From: an uncultured Bacteroidia bacterium
Lineage (GTDB): Bacteria > Bacteroidota > Bacteroidia > NS11-12g > UBA9320
DNA: 64,000 nt
Direction of reading: 5' to 3'
NCBI GenBank assembly: GCA_943846675.1
Contig: OX044357.1
Coordinates: 1,408,500 to 1,472,499, forward strand
Position 1 is the first letter of the stretch, and the number at the start of each line of letters is the position of its first letter. Below, piece by piece: positions 22,015 to 32,364 of the stretch. Under the pieces are notes generated by a model. The model saw only the letters and a list, made by a program, of their open reading frames with translations, was not told the origin of the DNA and made no database searches. The translations under genes were made by a program, and so were the position numbers.

Positions 22015-22372
22015 CTTTTATCGTTATAATGCCAACGACTTGATTGTCTTGAACGATAGGCAGGCAGCCATATTCATTCTTTTTCATAATAGCAATGGCT
22101 TCTGTGATTTCTGTATTTGGAGAAACAGAAACAACATTTGATGCCATGATGTCTTCAACAAGCAAGGTTTTGCCTTTGCCGTCCGCTTGATGTTTTTTCA
22201 TGTGGGTCCAGGTGAGCAAGCCCGATAGCTTTCCGGATCCGTCTTCTACTGGTACGTGATGAATGTTTTTCCAGGCCATAATAGACGTTGCCAAATCGGC
22301 ATGGTCATTATAGTTGACTCTAAACACGTTTGTAGACATAATATGACCAACAAGAAAGGCATCTTCTACCAC
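21980..22372 (-). CDS. CBS domain pair protein
   Basis: Two CBS motifs (IMSTNVFRVNYND..., DIMASNVVSVSPNTEITEAIAIMKKNEYGCLPIV...GIITIKDV). The 3' end overlaps the E1/nitroreductase gene start by about 35 nt. Confidence 0.75.
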   Translation of the reverse strand: MVEDAFLVGHIMSTNVFRVNYNDHADLATSIMAWKNIHHVPVEDGSGKLSGLLTWTHMKKHQADGKGKTLLVEDIMASNVVSVSPNTEITEAIAIMKKNEYGCLPIVQDNQVVGIITIKDVLPFDNKPTP

Positions 22373-22420
22373 ATGTAGGTTTTCTTCTATTGGCCACTTA
22401 TCAACAGGAGTTCCACTGTC

Positions 22421-23851
22421 CTAATTTTTATGCATTGCCTTTGTCAATCGAACAAGGGCGTTGTCACTCTTCATTTTCTTATGGAGCGTACGGTATTGGG
22501 ACGTAATCCATTGGGCACCTGTTTGAGTAAGGGTGCGTCTTTCAATAACACCCAATAGTCGATCAATGTCTTTCTGGTTAATGCCAACCTGCTTTAATCC
22601 TTTTCGAGCTATCGGTAAAAAGGTATTGAGTGTTAAATCGTATGTGCTTCTGATTTCTCCATCCCATCTTAGCATAGATTCTTTCCCATAGCGCGCAGCT
22701 TTTATGAAATTGGCTTTTGCATCGCGAAAGTCCATTTGAGACTCCATATCGTCGTATCTCGAGGGGCGACCAACCATTAAGCCAACCCAGTAGGCAAAAT
22801 TTGCCATCTCATCTAATACGGATGGGCCACTGGGTATATACCTGTTCTCAATGCGTAAATGTGGTTTGCCACCACCTACGCCGTAGCACGGCCGATTCCA
22901 TCGATACAAGGTTCCGTTATTCAAACACAATGCGTCGAGTTTTGGAATGGTCCCTTGGTCTAATTCATCCAATGCATTTTGTTCAATTTCTCGCGCCAAT
23001 AGTATTTTGTGGTTGGCTAAGTCATTTTTAAAAATGTCAGCTGCTGATCCTTTTGACCACTGGTTACCAAAACTAACCCGAGCCTCTTGATTTTTTAAAG
23101 CATAACTGGCGTTTCTGGTATCTATGCTTTGTTGAAACAAAGCAATTCTTGTTTCGCTCCAAAGCTCTCGACCCAACAGAAGTGGAGAATTCGCACTTAT
23201 AGATAACACAGGACCGGTAATGGCTTGGGCCCAATTGTAACTGCTTGTAAAGTCTTTCGGGTCTATTTGTAAATGTAATTGGAAACTGGTGTTACAAGCT
23301 TCAAATAATACAGAATCGTGTGTCACCAACAACTCGTCAACTCCTCTAATTTTGAGTGTAATATCTGATCCACGAGCCTTTTTAATGACCTCATTCATTG
23401 CCCAGTATCGAGGCGATTGGGTCATGTAATCGAACATTAATTCTGACTTACTTATGGTTGGCAAAATGCCGGTAAGCAGAATTTTGGTTTGATTTGCGTC
23501 ACAAACCTTTGTGGCTTTGTCAAGCAAAGACTCTAATTGGTTTTGCATGAGCTCAAAGCAATCTTCTTTGAGGGTAAAGGGGTCGAGGTTTATTTCTAGA
23601 TTATACCGGGCGAGTTCAGTAGTGAAGTGGTCATCATCTATTAGAGGCAATATGTCTTGAGCATTTTTGGCAGGTCGCCAGTGCTTGTCAACTAAACAGA
23701 ACTCTTGCTCCGCGCCAATTCTGGTAATGCCAGTTTCTATAAGATTGTTGTCAATCATGCGTTCTAACGCCTCAATATCATTGAGCAATTGACGAATAAA
23801 CTTTAGACGTGTTTCTCTCGAAACTTGAGTATTTGTTAATTCTTGTCCCAT
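22421..23851 (-). CDS. Glutamate-cysteine ligase family (GCS2 / carboxylate-amine ligase-like) protein
   Basis: 476 aa. The N-terminal RIGAEQEFCLVD resembles the conserved Glu-rich active-site strand of the GCS2/GshA family. This assignment is by motif memory only. Confidence 0.5.
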   Translation of the reverse strand: MGQELTNTQVSRETRLKFIRQLLNDIEALERMIDNNLIETGITRIGAEQEFCLVDKHWRPAKNAQDILPLIDDDHFTTELARYNLEINLDPFTLKEDCFELMQNQLESLLDKATKVCDANQTKILLTGILPTISKSELMFDYMTQSPRYWAMNEVIKKARGSDITLKIRGVDELLVTHDSVLFEACNTSFQLHLQIDPKDFTSSYNWAQAITGPVLSISANSPLLLGRELWSETRIALFQQSIDTRNASYALKNQEARVSFGNQWSKGSAADIFKNDLANHKILLAREIEQNALDELDQGTIPKLDALCLNNGTLYRWNRPCYGVGGGKPHLRIENRYIPSGPSVLDEMANFAYWVGLMVGRPSRYDDMESQMDFRDAKANFIKAARYGKESMLRWDGEIRSTYDLTLNTFLPIARKGLKQVGINQKDIDRLLGVIERRTLTQTGAQWITSQYRTLHKKMKSDNALVRLTKAMHKN

Positions 23852-23967
23852 CTCTGGCTGTTCATGTAAAACACAACATGTCTTACGTTACTTCCAAAAG
23901 TATAAGATGACGACAAGGCATTTTATGATGAATGACAGTTTGCTAACTGTGATTCATCGGTGTATTA

Positions 23968-25704
23968 TCAAATTCTACTTTGATACGTATACAGTTGGTA
24001 GTATCGCCCTTTTTGATCCAGAAGGGACTGGTGTACCCCACGTTCAACAATGTCGCCGTTTTCAATTACAAGAATTTGGTCTGCCTGCTGAATAGTACTT
24101 AGCCTGTGTGCAATGACAAACGTTGTTCTGTTTTTCATCAGGATGTTCAAACTTTGCTGAATGTATGACTCACTTTCTGTGTCAAGATTAGAAGTGGCTT
24201 CATCCAAGATGATGACTTTTGGGTCAGCTAGCAACGCACGAGCAATGGAGATACGCTGTCTTTGGCCTCCAGACAATTTAACACCTCTTTCGCCAATTAC
24301 GGTGTCAAGTCCTTCATCAAACCTGTCTGTGAATTCGTTTACATAAGCGCCTTCTACAGCCGATTGCAGTTCAGCTTCAGTTGCATCTGGTCTTGGGAAC
24401 AAGATATTCTCGCGGATGGTACCTTCATATAAGAAATCGTCTTGCAGCACAACGCCCAAATGTTGCCTAAAACTGCTCAGATGAACTGTTGAAAGGTCCG
24501 TTCCGTCTAAAGTGACCTTGCCTGCCGTGGGATTAAGAAAAGTTGCAGCTAAACTGGCAATGGTTGATTTACCAGAACCCGAAGACCCTACTAATGCGGT
24601 AACGCTGCCAGCTTGTGCCTCGAAAGATATACCGTGTAGCACTTCTTTACTCTCTTCATAACTGAATGACACGTTGTCAAATGATATGTTTCCTTGTATC
24701 TCTTTTATGGTTTTGGTTCGGTCCTCACTTTCATCTTCTTCGGTCATTTGCATTAATTCTTGCGTACGGTCTAAACCAGCCAACGCTTCTGTTAATTGTG
24801 ACCCAATATTGCTCATTTGAACGATGGGTGCAATCATAAATCCAAGAAACAAGGTGAACGATACAAATTCTCCCGTTGTCATCGATTCATTCATGATGAA
24901 ATAACCCCCAATGCCCATAATTCCTGCTGAAGCTAAGCCCAATAAGAATGTGGATGAACTGGTCATAACGGCAGTAGCCGTCAAGCTTTTTTTGACGTTT
25001 TGAAATAATCTATCTACGCCATCTTCGAATGTTTTATTTTCTTGTTCTTCGGCATTAAAGCCTTTAATTACCCGAACACCGTTTAAGGTTTCAGTTAGCC
25101 GCCCTGTAACTTCTGCTTTTATTTTACCTCGATCACGGAAGATTGGCCTGATGTATTTGAATGCTTTTAAGGCAACTACGGCAAAAACGGCAACCGGTAC
25201 CAAAACAAAGGCAGTCATAGTTGCATTAATTTTTATCAGAATAATCAATGAAATGACAGCTGTAATGCTGCCGCCTATAAGCTGGACGAAGCCTGTTCCT
25301 ACCAAGTTTCGAACACCTTCTACATCGCTCATAACCCGAGATACAAGCGCACCTGATTTGTTGTTATCAAAGAAGCTAATAGGCAAGGTGAGCAATTTTC
25401 GTTGCACCTTAGCCCGTAACACAGATATCAAATGTTGCGCTTCCACGCTGAGAATCCTAGTTAAGGCAAATGAAATGATGGCTTGAAGTAAAATGGCAAA
25501 GCCTACATACAATAGGAGAGAGGTTAAAGCTTCCATATTTTGAGAAGGAATAACATCATCGAGCAAGGTCTTACTGGCATATGGCAATACCAAACCGGCA
25601 AGACTGCGAACTATAATTAAACCGAGACCTAAAAGGATGATGCCTTTTCTCGGCCAAATAAATTCTTTGGCTGCCCAAATAAAAGATACTTTCTTATCAC
25701 TCAT
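23968..25704 (-). CDS. ABC transporter, fused permease/ATP-binding (MsbA-like exporter)
   Basis: Six N-terminal TM helices. Walker A GSSGSGKST, LSGGQRQRISIARAL, ILDEATSNLD. Confidence 0.85.
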   Translation of the reverse strand: MSDKKVSFIWAAKEFIWPRKGIILLGLGLIIVRSLAGLVLPYASKTLLDDVIPSQNMEALTSLLLYVGFAILLQAIISFALTRILSVEAQHLISVLRAKVQRKLLTLPISFFDNNKSGALVSRVMSDVEGVRNLVGTGFVQLIGGSITAVISLIILIKINATMTAFVLVPVAVFAVVALKAFKYIRPIFRDRGKIKAEVTGRLTETLNGVRVIKGFNAEEQENKTFEDGVDRLFQNVKKSLTATAVMTSSSTFLLGLASAGIMGIGGYFIMNESMTTGEFVSFTLFLGFMIAPIVQMSNIGSQLTEALAGLDRTQELMQMTEEDESEDRTKTIKEIQGNISFDNVSFSYEESKEVLHGISFEAQAGSVTALVGSSGSGKSTIASLAATFLNPTAGKVTLDGTDLSTVHLSSFRQHLGVVLQDDFLYEGTIRENILFPRPDATEAELQSAVEGAYVNEFTDRFDEGLDTVIGERGVKLSGGQRQRISIARALLADPKVIILDEATSNLDTESESYIQQSLNILMKNRTTFVIAHRLSTIQQADQILVIENGDIVERGVHQSLLDQKGRYYQLYTYQSRI

Positions 25705-25761
25705 GTATTGTTTATGGCTATTATCAAGCCAAAGTACTTTTCATGACGAATCGGCAGAAAC

Positions 25762-25798
25762 AAAAAAATCGCATCCTTTTATGGATACGATTTTTTTT
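25762..25798. terminator. Hairpin with flanking A and T runs (bidirectional rho-independent terminator shape)
   Basis: caaaaaaatcgcatcc-ttttat-ggatacgattttttttg, directly downstream of the minus-strand lipoprotein gene. Confidence 0.55.
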
Positions 25799-25827
25799 GA
25801 TGGTTGGTTCTAGTTTTGGTCAATTCA

Positions 25828-27648
25828 TCAGTCTTCCATAGTAAATTCAATATTTCCTTCTTGCACAATTTTGCGGACGTATTCCTTTTTATCCGTGTCA
25901 TATTCTTCGAACTCTCCGGAAAAAATTATCTTACTATATCCTCCAGGAGATATATCCCATTTATGAAAGTCGACTCTTACACTATTTGGTAAAATAGGTT
26001 CTACGATACCTTTATTGGACGTTGAAAAATCTATGATCCATTTGTCAAGGACGCCTCTGTGAAACGTATAATAGTGTGGTTGTCCGTCTGGTTTAAAGTC
26101 TGACAACATGGTAATGGAAAGGAATGGACCTTGGGTAGAGAATCGATCTGCCGGTAAAACAATGCCCATCTGGTTTTTGCTTTTGTTCTCTCCAACCTTA
26201 GCATCACTGAAGCTATACACTTCCCCATCTATTGAATAAGATGCAGTTAGTGACTTAATCTTATCAGTATAAACTACATCAAGTTGTTCCTTAGGTGGGT
26301 CTGGACAAAACATGAGTTCTCCCATGTCTTTATTGGATTTCTCAACCTTAAGTGGAGTCATTTTTTGTATGACATAATCTTCCCTGTTTCGAAGCAAAAC
26401 GCTTTGTGTTGTATTTGGCTGAATTTTAAAAGAGAACTCCCCGTTTGACGTGCGCACGCCATAACGTCCACCAATCAATACCAAGACATCATCTGTTTTT
26501 TTGGATTCACAGTCAATGACGCGCCCTGTTACGACCACCGGCTCTGGGAAATATTCGTCAGGGATGATTATATCACCAATAATTCCAGATGATGGGATAT
26601 TGATAATAGTATTATAGGGTTTAATGTTTAATCGGCCACCTCTAATGGTTATATTGATATCTATATTAATAGGCATCAAACCACGGAAATGTCCGAATTG
26701 ATCGGTATTGCCATGGGCAGCTCTGGCTCCATTAGCTTTTAATTGCATGGTTGCATATTTTACAGGAGTACCATCCTCATAATATATAGTACCGTTTGCT
26801 TCTCGGGCATCAATAGGTATGTCGCAATTCCAGAATGAGAAATGTTTAACACTGCCTATGTAGGCGTTACCTACTTTAGTAGCTTCGCCTTCTTCTACCC
26901 AATATCCCTTATCTTCATTGAAATACCACAATGGAATACTATTCGGTGCATTGGCACCAAGGCTCGAGGGTATTGGAGATGTTATCTCAGCTGTATTACC
27001 TTCTGCAAGTTGTAATGCAGAACCATTTGTACCTGTTAATTCAACAGCCATCATGCCAAAGGACGACAATAGTGATTCCCCATCGGGGCTTACCGAGCGC
27101 AGACTTCCTGGCATTGTGGTGCCGGCTTCTTCAGAGGTCGGATCTATATATGCACCGCTCACATTTACTTGACCCGTATACGCATTACCAGATTCATCCA
27201 CGAATCCTGAACCCATTTCGATGTTGACAGATTCAAATTCTACTTTTCCTCCACTGGCCGCATCAAAACTTCCCGCAATCGTTTTCTTTAAAAGTTTAAT
27301 GTCAACCAAATTGTTACCATCTGTTGGGTAAAAACTTCTACTTCCTAAGAAGTATCCATTTTTATTCACCTTTACATAGGCGTGTTTATCATAAACTTTC
27401 GCATTGTTAATGTAAAAGAAGCCATTCTCATCTGTCTTGGTAATTGCACCCATCACATCAACATGAGCATCAGCAACAGGTTGATCCGTTTCGTCTACAA
27501 CTACACCAGAAATTGTATGTTCTTCTGCTTGGCCAACATTGATTTCGAAGTCCGGATGGATGTCATCGTTCTCGAGGGCACATCGGTTAAAGGACAGCAG
27601 GTAAAAAATGGATAAAAGAAGGAGGAGTTTTGTGTTTGGTTTTTTCAT
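25828..27648 (-). CDS. Hypothetical secreted protein / lipoprotein with a carboxypeptidase-regulatory-like N-terminal domain
   Basis: Signal peptide plus Cys (SFNRC). ISGVVVDETDQPVADAHVDV...TDENGFF is typical of a CarbopepD_reg-like beta-sandwich. Confidence 0.45.
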   Translation of the reverse strand: MKKPNTKLLLLLSIFYLLSFNRCALENDDIHPDFEINVGQAEEHTISGVVVDETDQPVADAHVDVMGAITKTDENGFFYINNAKVYDKHAYVKVNKNGYFLGSRSFYPTDGNNLVDIKLLKKTIAGSFDAASGGKVEFESVNIEMGSGFVDESGNAYTGQVNVSGAYIDPTSEEAGTTMPGSLRSVSPDGESLLSSFGMMAVELTGTNGSALQLAEGNTAEITSPIPSSLGANAPNSIPLWYFNEDKGYWVEEGEATKVGNAYIGSVKHFSFWNCDIPIDAREANGTIYYEDGTPVKYATMQLKANGARAAHGNTDQFGHFRGLMPINIDINITIRGGRLNIKPYNTIINIPSSGIIGDIIIPDEYFPEPVVVTGRVIDCESKKTDDVLVLIGGRYGVRTSNGEFSFKIQPNTTQSVLLRNREDYVIQKMTPLKVEKSNKDMGELMFCPDPPKEQLDVVYTDKIKSLTASYSIDGEVYSFSDAKVGENKSKNQMGIVLPADRFSTQGPFLSITMLSDFKPDGQPHYYTFHRGVLDKWIIDFSTSNKGIVEPILPNSVRVDFHKWDISPGGYSKIIFSGEFEEYDTDKKEYVRKIVQEGNIEFTMED

Positions 27649-27988
27649 AATCTTAGGATTTGTTTTTCATGGGTGATACTTAATTACAGACACAATGTAG
27701 AGAAAAAAGGTTGCCTATAGAAGGTATATGAAACGTGTGAAAGCCGGTTGAAATGAAACAAACCCCGACCATTGCTAGAATCAAGGAGACAAATTAAATC
27801 TTAATATGTCAGCGACCTGACAAAGGTTTTAAGTTCAAATGACAATCGAAAAATATCATAGAATTTCAGAAGTATCGATAGAAACAACTTCATAATTTGT
27901 AACAAATAAGGTGTAATCACTTTTCAGCATTTAATGCTGATTTTACAGTAAATGCAAAAACGGTTTTGGGTTTTGAAAAGCGCTTGTT

Positions 27989-28414
27989 TTACTCATAGAA
28001 TGGAATTCCGCTTTCTAAGCTTATCCAGTCTATGGCCTCTTCTTTAGTTTTGGTGCACACTTGGTGACCTTCAAGGCGTGCAAATAAATTGAATATCGGG
28101 ATTAGCATACGTAGCAAGAAATTCGGATTTACAAATGCATGTAATTGAATTCTGTTGGCATATGTTTTGTCTAAGTTGAAAATGCCTTTACCTAAATAAA
28201 TGATTGTTTTGATGCTGGCCCATTTCATTGCTTTCATGTCCGAAATTATAAATAGAGGCCCAGAAGAATTCTGTAAAACACTCTCTATAAGGTCTAAGTG
28301 TTCTCGCGTCTGAGGGATTGTTGGGTTAAGGTTTTTAACAGTCTGAACAATTAACGGCAAACGGCTTATATCAACAGTCGCACAGGCACTTTCCATTGTG
28401 GTAGGCTGTGACAT
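27989..28414 (-). CDS. Hypothetical protein
   Basis: 141-aa ORF with no confident family. Confidence 0.35.
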   Translation of the reverse strand: MSQPTTMESACATVDISRLPLIVQTVKNLNPTIPQTREHLDLIESVLQNSSGPLFIISDMKAMKWASIKTIIYLGKGIFNLDKTYANRIQLHAFVNPNFLLRMLIPIFNLFARLEGHQVCTKTKEEAIDWISLESGIPFYE

Positions 28415-28599
28415 TTTCGTATCGTGTGATTAAATCGAACAGTGCAAAGTTAGTAAAACAGTTATATGTAGTTAGTTATAGTTCGGTTTGAGGTTTTCAT
28501 TTTTGTGTAAATGATAGTAATACTATTGAATATGGTAGTTTTAATAACAAAAGTGAAAATAAGTAAAACATTTACAATGTTTTACTGTTTAACCCTCTG

Positions 28600-29283
28600 A
28601 TGAATGACTTATTAAGTACGGTTCACATCAAAGTGAACGAAGGCATATATCTAAAAGATCCTGATTCTTCTGAATTGGGGAAAGGGATTGTCTCTGAAGG
28701 GCTTTTATTGATTGATGAAATTGGGTTGGAGAAAACAACGTTTAAAAAACTTGCCCAAAGACTTGGTACGACAGAAGCCTCTATCTATCGCTATTTTGAA
28801 AGTAAATTCAAGTTGTTGGTTTATTTAACTTCCTGGTATTGGGGATGGCTTGAGTACCAACTTGTATTCAGTATCACAAACATTTTAGATCCAGAGAAAA
28901 AACTGCGCATCGCGATTGATGTTTTAAGTCAACTCAACGAAAAAAAAGAAAGTGGAAGCCACATAAACTTTACGGTACTCACGCGTGTTGTGGTGTCTGA
29001 GTCATCCAAAGCGTACCTAACCAAAGACGTGGATGAAGCTAATAAGGAAGGGTTTTATGCCGGCTATAAACGTGTGGTTCAACGTGTTAGCGACGTAATG
29101 TTAGAAATTCAGCCTGAATTTGAATTTTCACATACATTGTCGTCAACGGTAATGGAAGGCATACACCATCAAAAATACTTTGCCCAACATTTACCGTCGC
29201 TCACGGATACAACTGAAAAACCAAGTCAGATGTCTCAATTCTATGGAGATATGGTTTTAGCCACTTTAAAATCAAATAAGTAA
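28600..29283 (+). CDS. TetR/AcrR-family transcriptional regulator
   Basis: N-terminal HTH TFKKLAQRLGTTEASIYRYFESK. It sits directly upstream of the ABC-HlyD-TolC genes. Confidence 0.7.
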   Translation: MNDLLSTVHIKVNEGIYLKDPDSSELGKGIVSEGLLLIDEIGLEKTTFKKLAQRLGTTEASIYRYFESKFKLLVYLTSWYWGWLEYQLVFSITNILDPEKKLRIAIDVLSQLNEKKESGSHINFTVLTRVVVSESSKAYLTKDVDEANKEGFYAGYKRVVQRVSDVMLEIQPEFEFSHTLSSTVMEGIHHQKYFAQHLPSLTDTTEKPSQMSQFYGDMVLATLKSNK

Positions 29284-29284
29284 A

Positions 29285-31000
29285 ATGACTAACCCATTAA
29301 CGCCAATTAATAGATTCTTTAACCTGTTAAAAGTTGACAGGCAAGATATTGTTAGTATATACGTTTACGCCATATTTCAAGGACTGGTAACACTTTCGTT
29401 ACCGCTTGGTATTCAGTCAATTATTAACCTAATAACCGGTGGGCAGGTTTCGACTTCATGGATTGTTATGGTGATTTTTGTTGTCTTAGGAGTTGCGTTT
29501 ACAGGAGTATTGCAAATCATGCAGCTTACCATATCTGAGAATTTGCAGCAAAAGATATTTACACGATCTGCGTTTGAGTTCGCCTATCGGATTCCGCGGA
29601 TGAAGGTGGAAGCTGTAGACAAAACATATATACCCGAATTGGTAAACCGGTTCTTCGACACCTTGTCTATTCAAAAAGGATTGTCAAAGATCTTGTTAGA
29701 TTTTTCATCTGCGTCACTGCAAGTGTTGTTTGGGTTGATGCTATTATCACTATATCACCCGTTCTTTATTCTTTTCAGTTTTTTGTTGTTATTAGGCGCA
29801 TATATCATTTTCCGACTTACAGGGCCAAGAGGTTTGAAAACCAGCATTGTTGAGTCCAAATACAAATATGAAGTGGCGCATTGGCTAGAGGAAATTGCAC
29901 GGGCAATGGAAACCTTCAAATTAGCTGGAGACTCTCCGCTACCACTGCAGAAAACAGATGAAAAAGTTGAGGGGTATTTGAAGTCAAGAAAGTCGCATTA
30001 CAAAACCTTGGTTATGCAATACATAAACCTGGTTGGTTTAAAGGTGTTTATTGTGGCTGGGTTGCTCATTATTGGTGGGATGTTGGTTATAAATCAACAA
30101 ATGAATATTGGCCAGTTTGTAGCATCGGAGATTATTATACTGCTGATTCTTGCCTCCATTGAAAAACTCATACTGAGTATGGAGACGATATACGACGTGT
30201 TAACGGCGATCGAGAAAATTGGTAATGTGACGGACCTACCACTTGACCGTGACAACGGAACCCGATTTGATCCAGTTCAAATGTCAAATATCGGCATCGA
30301 GATGGACCATGTGTCTTATAAGTTCCTTGGTGAAAAGGAAGATTTTCTTAAGAATATTGACTTAAAGTTATCAGGAGGAGACAAACTCTGCCTGTCGGGT
30401 TATAATGGTTCAGGTAAATCGCTATTACTCCAATTTATGGCTGGTCTTTACGATGAATTTAGAGGAAACATTACATACAACGGGATTCCTATAGGGAATT
30501 GGTATAAAGAAGACTTGCATAGAATTATAGGTGACAACTTAATAAAAGAAGAAATATTCAAGGGGACGTTATTAGAAAATATAACCTTAGGTAAGCCATA
30601 CATTAGCCATGAAGAAGTTCAGTCCATATGTGATGTAGTTGGTTTAGGCGGATTTGTCGCAAGCCAGCAAGAAGGCTTTAATGCCGAGATGATACCTGGA
30701 GGCCGAAACTTACCAAAAAGCACACGGTTGAAAGTGATACTTGCGAGGTGTTTAGTCGGTAAACCAAAAGTAATTCTCATTGAGAATAGCTTCAATTTAC
30801 TCGGTGAAACAAGTAAAAAAGCTTTTGTCGATTACCTGTTAAAATCTGATGTTACCGTGGTTGTGATATCAAACGACCCGAAAGTCGCCGCTCGTTTCGA
30901 AAGAAACATAGTGATGAAGGATGGAAGCATCCTGGCTGACACAAATTTCAATACGCTCCAAAAAGAGCCATGGTTCAATGAAGTATTTGATATTAACTAA
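29285..31000 (+). CDS. ABC exporter, fused TM and ATP-binding, with degenerate Walker B and signature motifs
   Basis: Walker A SGYNGSGKS. The signature-like PGGRNLP and Walker-B-like VILIENSF (D/E replaced) suggest a catalytically atypical NBD. Confidence 0.7.
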   Translation: MTNPLTPINRFFNLLKVDRQDIVSIYVYAIFQGLVTLSLPLGIQSIINLITGGQVSTSWIVMVIFVVLGVAFTGVLQIMQLTISENLQQKIFTRSAFEFAYRIPRMKVEAVDKTYIPELVNRFFDTLSIQKGLSKILLDFSSASLQVLFGLMLLSLYHPFFILFSFLLLLGAYIIFRLTGPRGLKTSIVESKYKYEVAHWLEEIARAMETFKLAGDSPLPLQKTDEKVEGYLKSRKSHYKTLVMQYINLVGLKVFIVAGLLIIGGMLVINQQMNIGQFVASEIIILLILASIEKLILSMETIYDVLTAIEKIGNVTDLPLDRDNGTRFDPVQMSNIGIEMDHVSYKFLGEKEDFLKNIDLKLSGGDKLCLSGYNGSGKSLLLQFMAGLYDEFRGNITYNGIPIGNWYKEDLHRIIGDNLIKEEIFKGTLLENITLGKPYISHEEVQSICDVVGLGGFVASQQEGFNAEMIPGGRNLPKSTRLKVILARCLVGKPKVILIENSFNLLGETSKKAFVDYLLKSDVTVVVISNDPKVAARFERNIVMKDGSILADTNFNTLQKEPWFNEVFDIN

Positions 31001-31002
31001 AC

Positions 31003-32364
31003 ATGCTAAACTTAAGTCCAAATAGAATAGACGGTAAGATCGAAACCAATAAGTATCGATCGTTTTCTATCGTTAAAGATTATAAATCAGGGAAGATTTT
31101 AGCTCGATTACTTATTATTTCTTTACTCACGTTTATTGTGGTCTTGTTTTTTCCTTGGACACAAAATATTCAAGTGAGAGGATATGTAACAACGCTTCAG
31201 CCAGACCAACGACCACAAACAGTGAATTCAATTATTGCTGGTCGGATTGAAAAATGGTTCGTACGTGAAGGGAATTTCGTGTCGAAAGGTGATACCATCA
31301 TGTTTATCTCAGAAATCAAAGACGCCTATTTTGATCCTGGATTACTTGCCAATACGGAATCCCAAATTAAGTCGAAGGAGTTAACAGTGGATGCCTACAT
31401 GGACAAAATTAAATCCTTGGATAGCCAGATAGACGCACTACTGCGCACTAAAGAGTTAAAAAGAGAACAGGCAAATAATTACATCGAGCAAGCCAGGTTA
31501 AAAATACAGTCGGACAGTATGGATTTAAGAGCAGCCGAAACGAATTTGACCATAGCCAAACGACAGTTCGAACGAATGGAAGAATTGTATAAGCAAGGCT
31601 TAAACTCTTTAACGGATTTGGAGTCTCGTAAGTTGAAGCTGCAAGAAACCCAGGCGAAGCGCATAAGTGCTGAAAACAAATTATTAAAAAGTAGGAATGA
31701 GCTTATCAATGCGGAAGTGGAACTAAGCTCAATTGATAACCAGTACCGTGATAAACTGTCTAAGGCAGAAAGCGAGAAATACGCATCACTGTCTAACATG
31801 TATGATGCAGAAGCCATTGTGACTAAAATGCAAAATCAGTATATGAATTATTCCATACGGACGGGTATGTATTATATAACGGCTCCGCAAGATGGTTACA
31901 TTACCAAAGCCATTCGGTCTGGTATTGGCGAAACTGTGAAAGAGGGAGAGGAGCTCTTGAGTATAATGCCAAGTAACTACGATTTGGCGGTTTCGATGTA
32001 TGTTAAACCCATGGACTTACCGTTGATGCAAAATGGTCAGAAGGTACGTTTTATGTTTGACGGTTGGCCCACGGTTGTGTTTTCAGGTTGGCCAAATTTA
32101 TCGTACGGTACATTTGGCGGAGAGGTGGTTGCCATTGATAATTTTATTAGTGAAAATGGCAAATACAGAATCTTAGTTGCTCCAGATCCAACTGATGAAG
32201 AATGGCCAACAGCATTGCGTGTAGGGTCGGGTGCAGATGGCATGTCTCTATTGCAAGACGTACCTATTTGGTACGAGATTTGGCGAAAGCTAAATGGATT
32301 CCCGCCAGATTACTACATCGATTTGAATTCCCAGAACCAAACACAAACAAAAAAAGGTACATGA
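31003..32364 (+). CDS. HlyD-family periplasmic adaptor (membrane fusion protein)
   Basis: N-terminal TM, a long coiled-coil region, and a C-terminal beta domain. It is positioned between the ABC and TolC genes. Confidence 0.8.
   Translation: MLNLSPNRIDGKIETNKYRSFSIVKDYKSGKILARLLIISLLTFIVVLFFPWTQNIQVRGYVTTLQPDQRPQTVNSIIAGRIEKWFVREGNFVSKGDTIMFISEIKDAYFDPGLLANTESQIKSKELTVDAYMDKIKSLDSQIDALLRTKELKREQANNYIEQARLKIQSDSMDLRAAETNLTIAKRQFERMEELYKQGLNSLTDLESRKLKLQETQAKRISAENKLLKSRNELINAEVELSSIDNQYRDKLSKAESEKYASLSNMYDAEAIVTKMQNQYMNYSIRTGMYYITAPQDGYITKAIRSGIGETVKEGEELLSIMPSNYDLAVSMYVKPMDLPLMQNGQKVRFMFDGWPTVVFSGWPNLSYGTFGGEVVAIDNFISENGKYRILVAPDPTDEEWPTALRVGSGADGMSLLQDVPIWYEIWRKLNGFPPDYYIDLNSQNQTQTKKGT

Noticed and set aside
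27915-27945. 7-bp inverted repeat tcagcat-tta-atgctga downstream of gene 27989..28414
   Set aside because: The stem is short, and the T-run (only 4 T) is on the wrong strand for the adjacent minus-strand gene. It is not convincing as a terminator.
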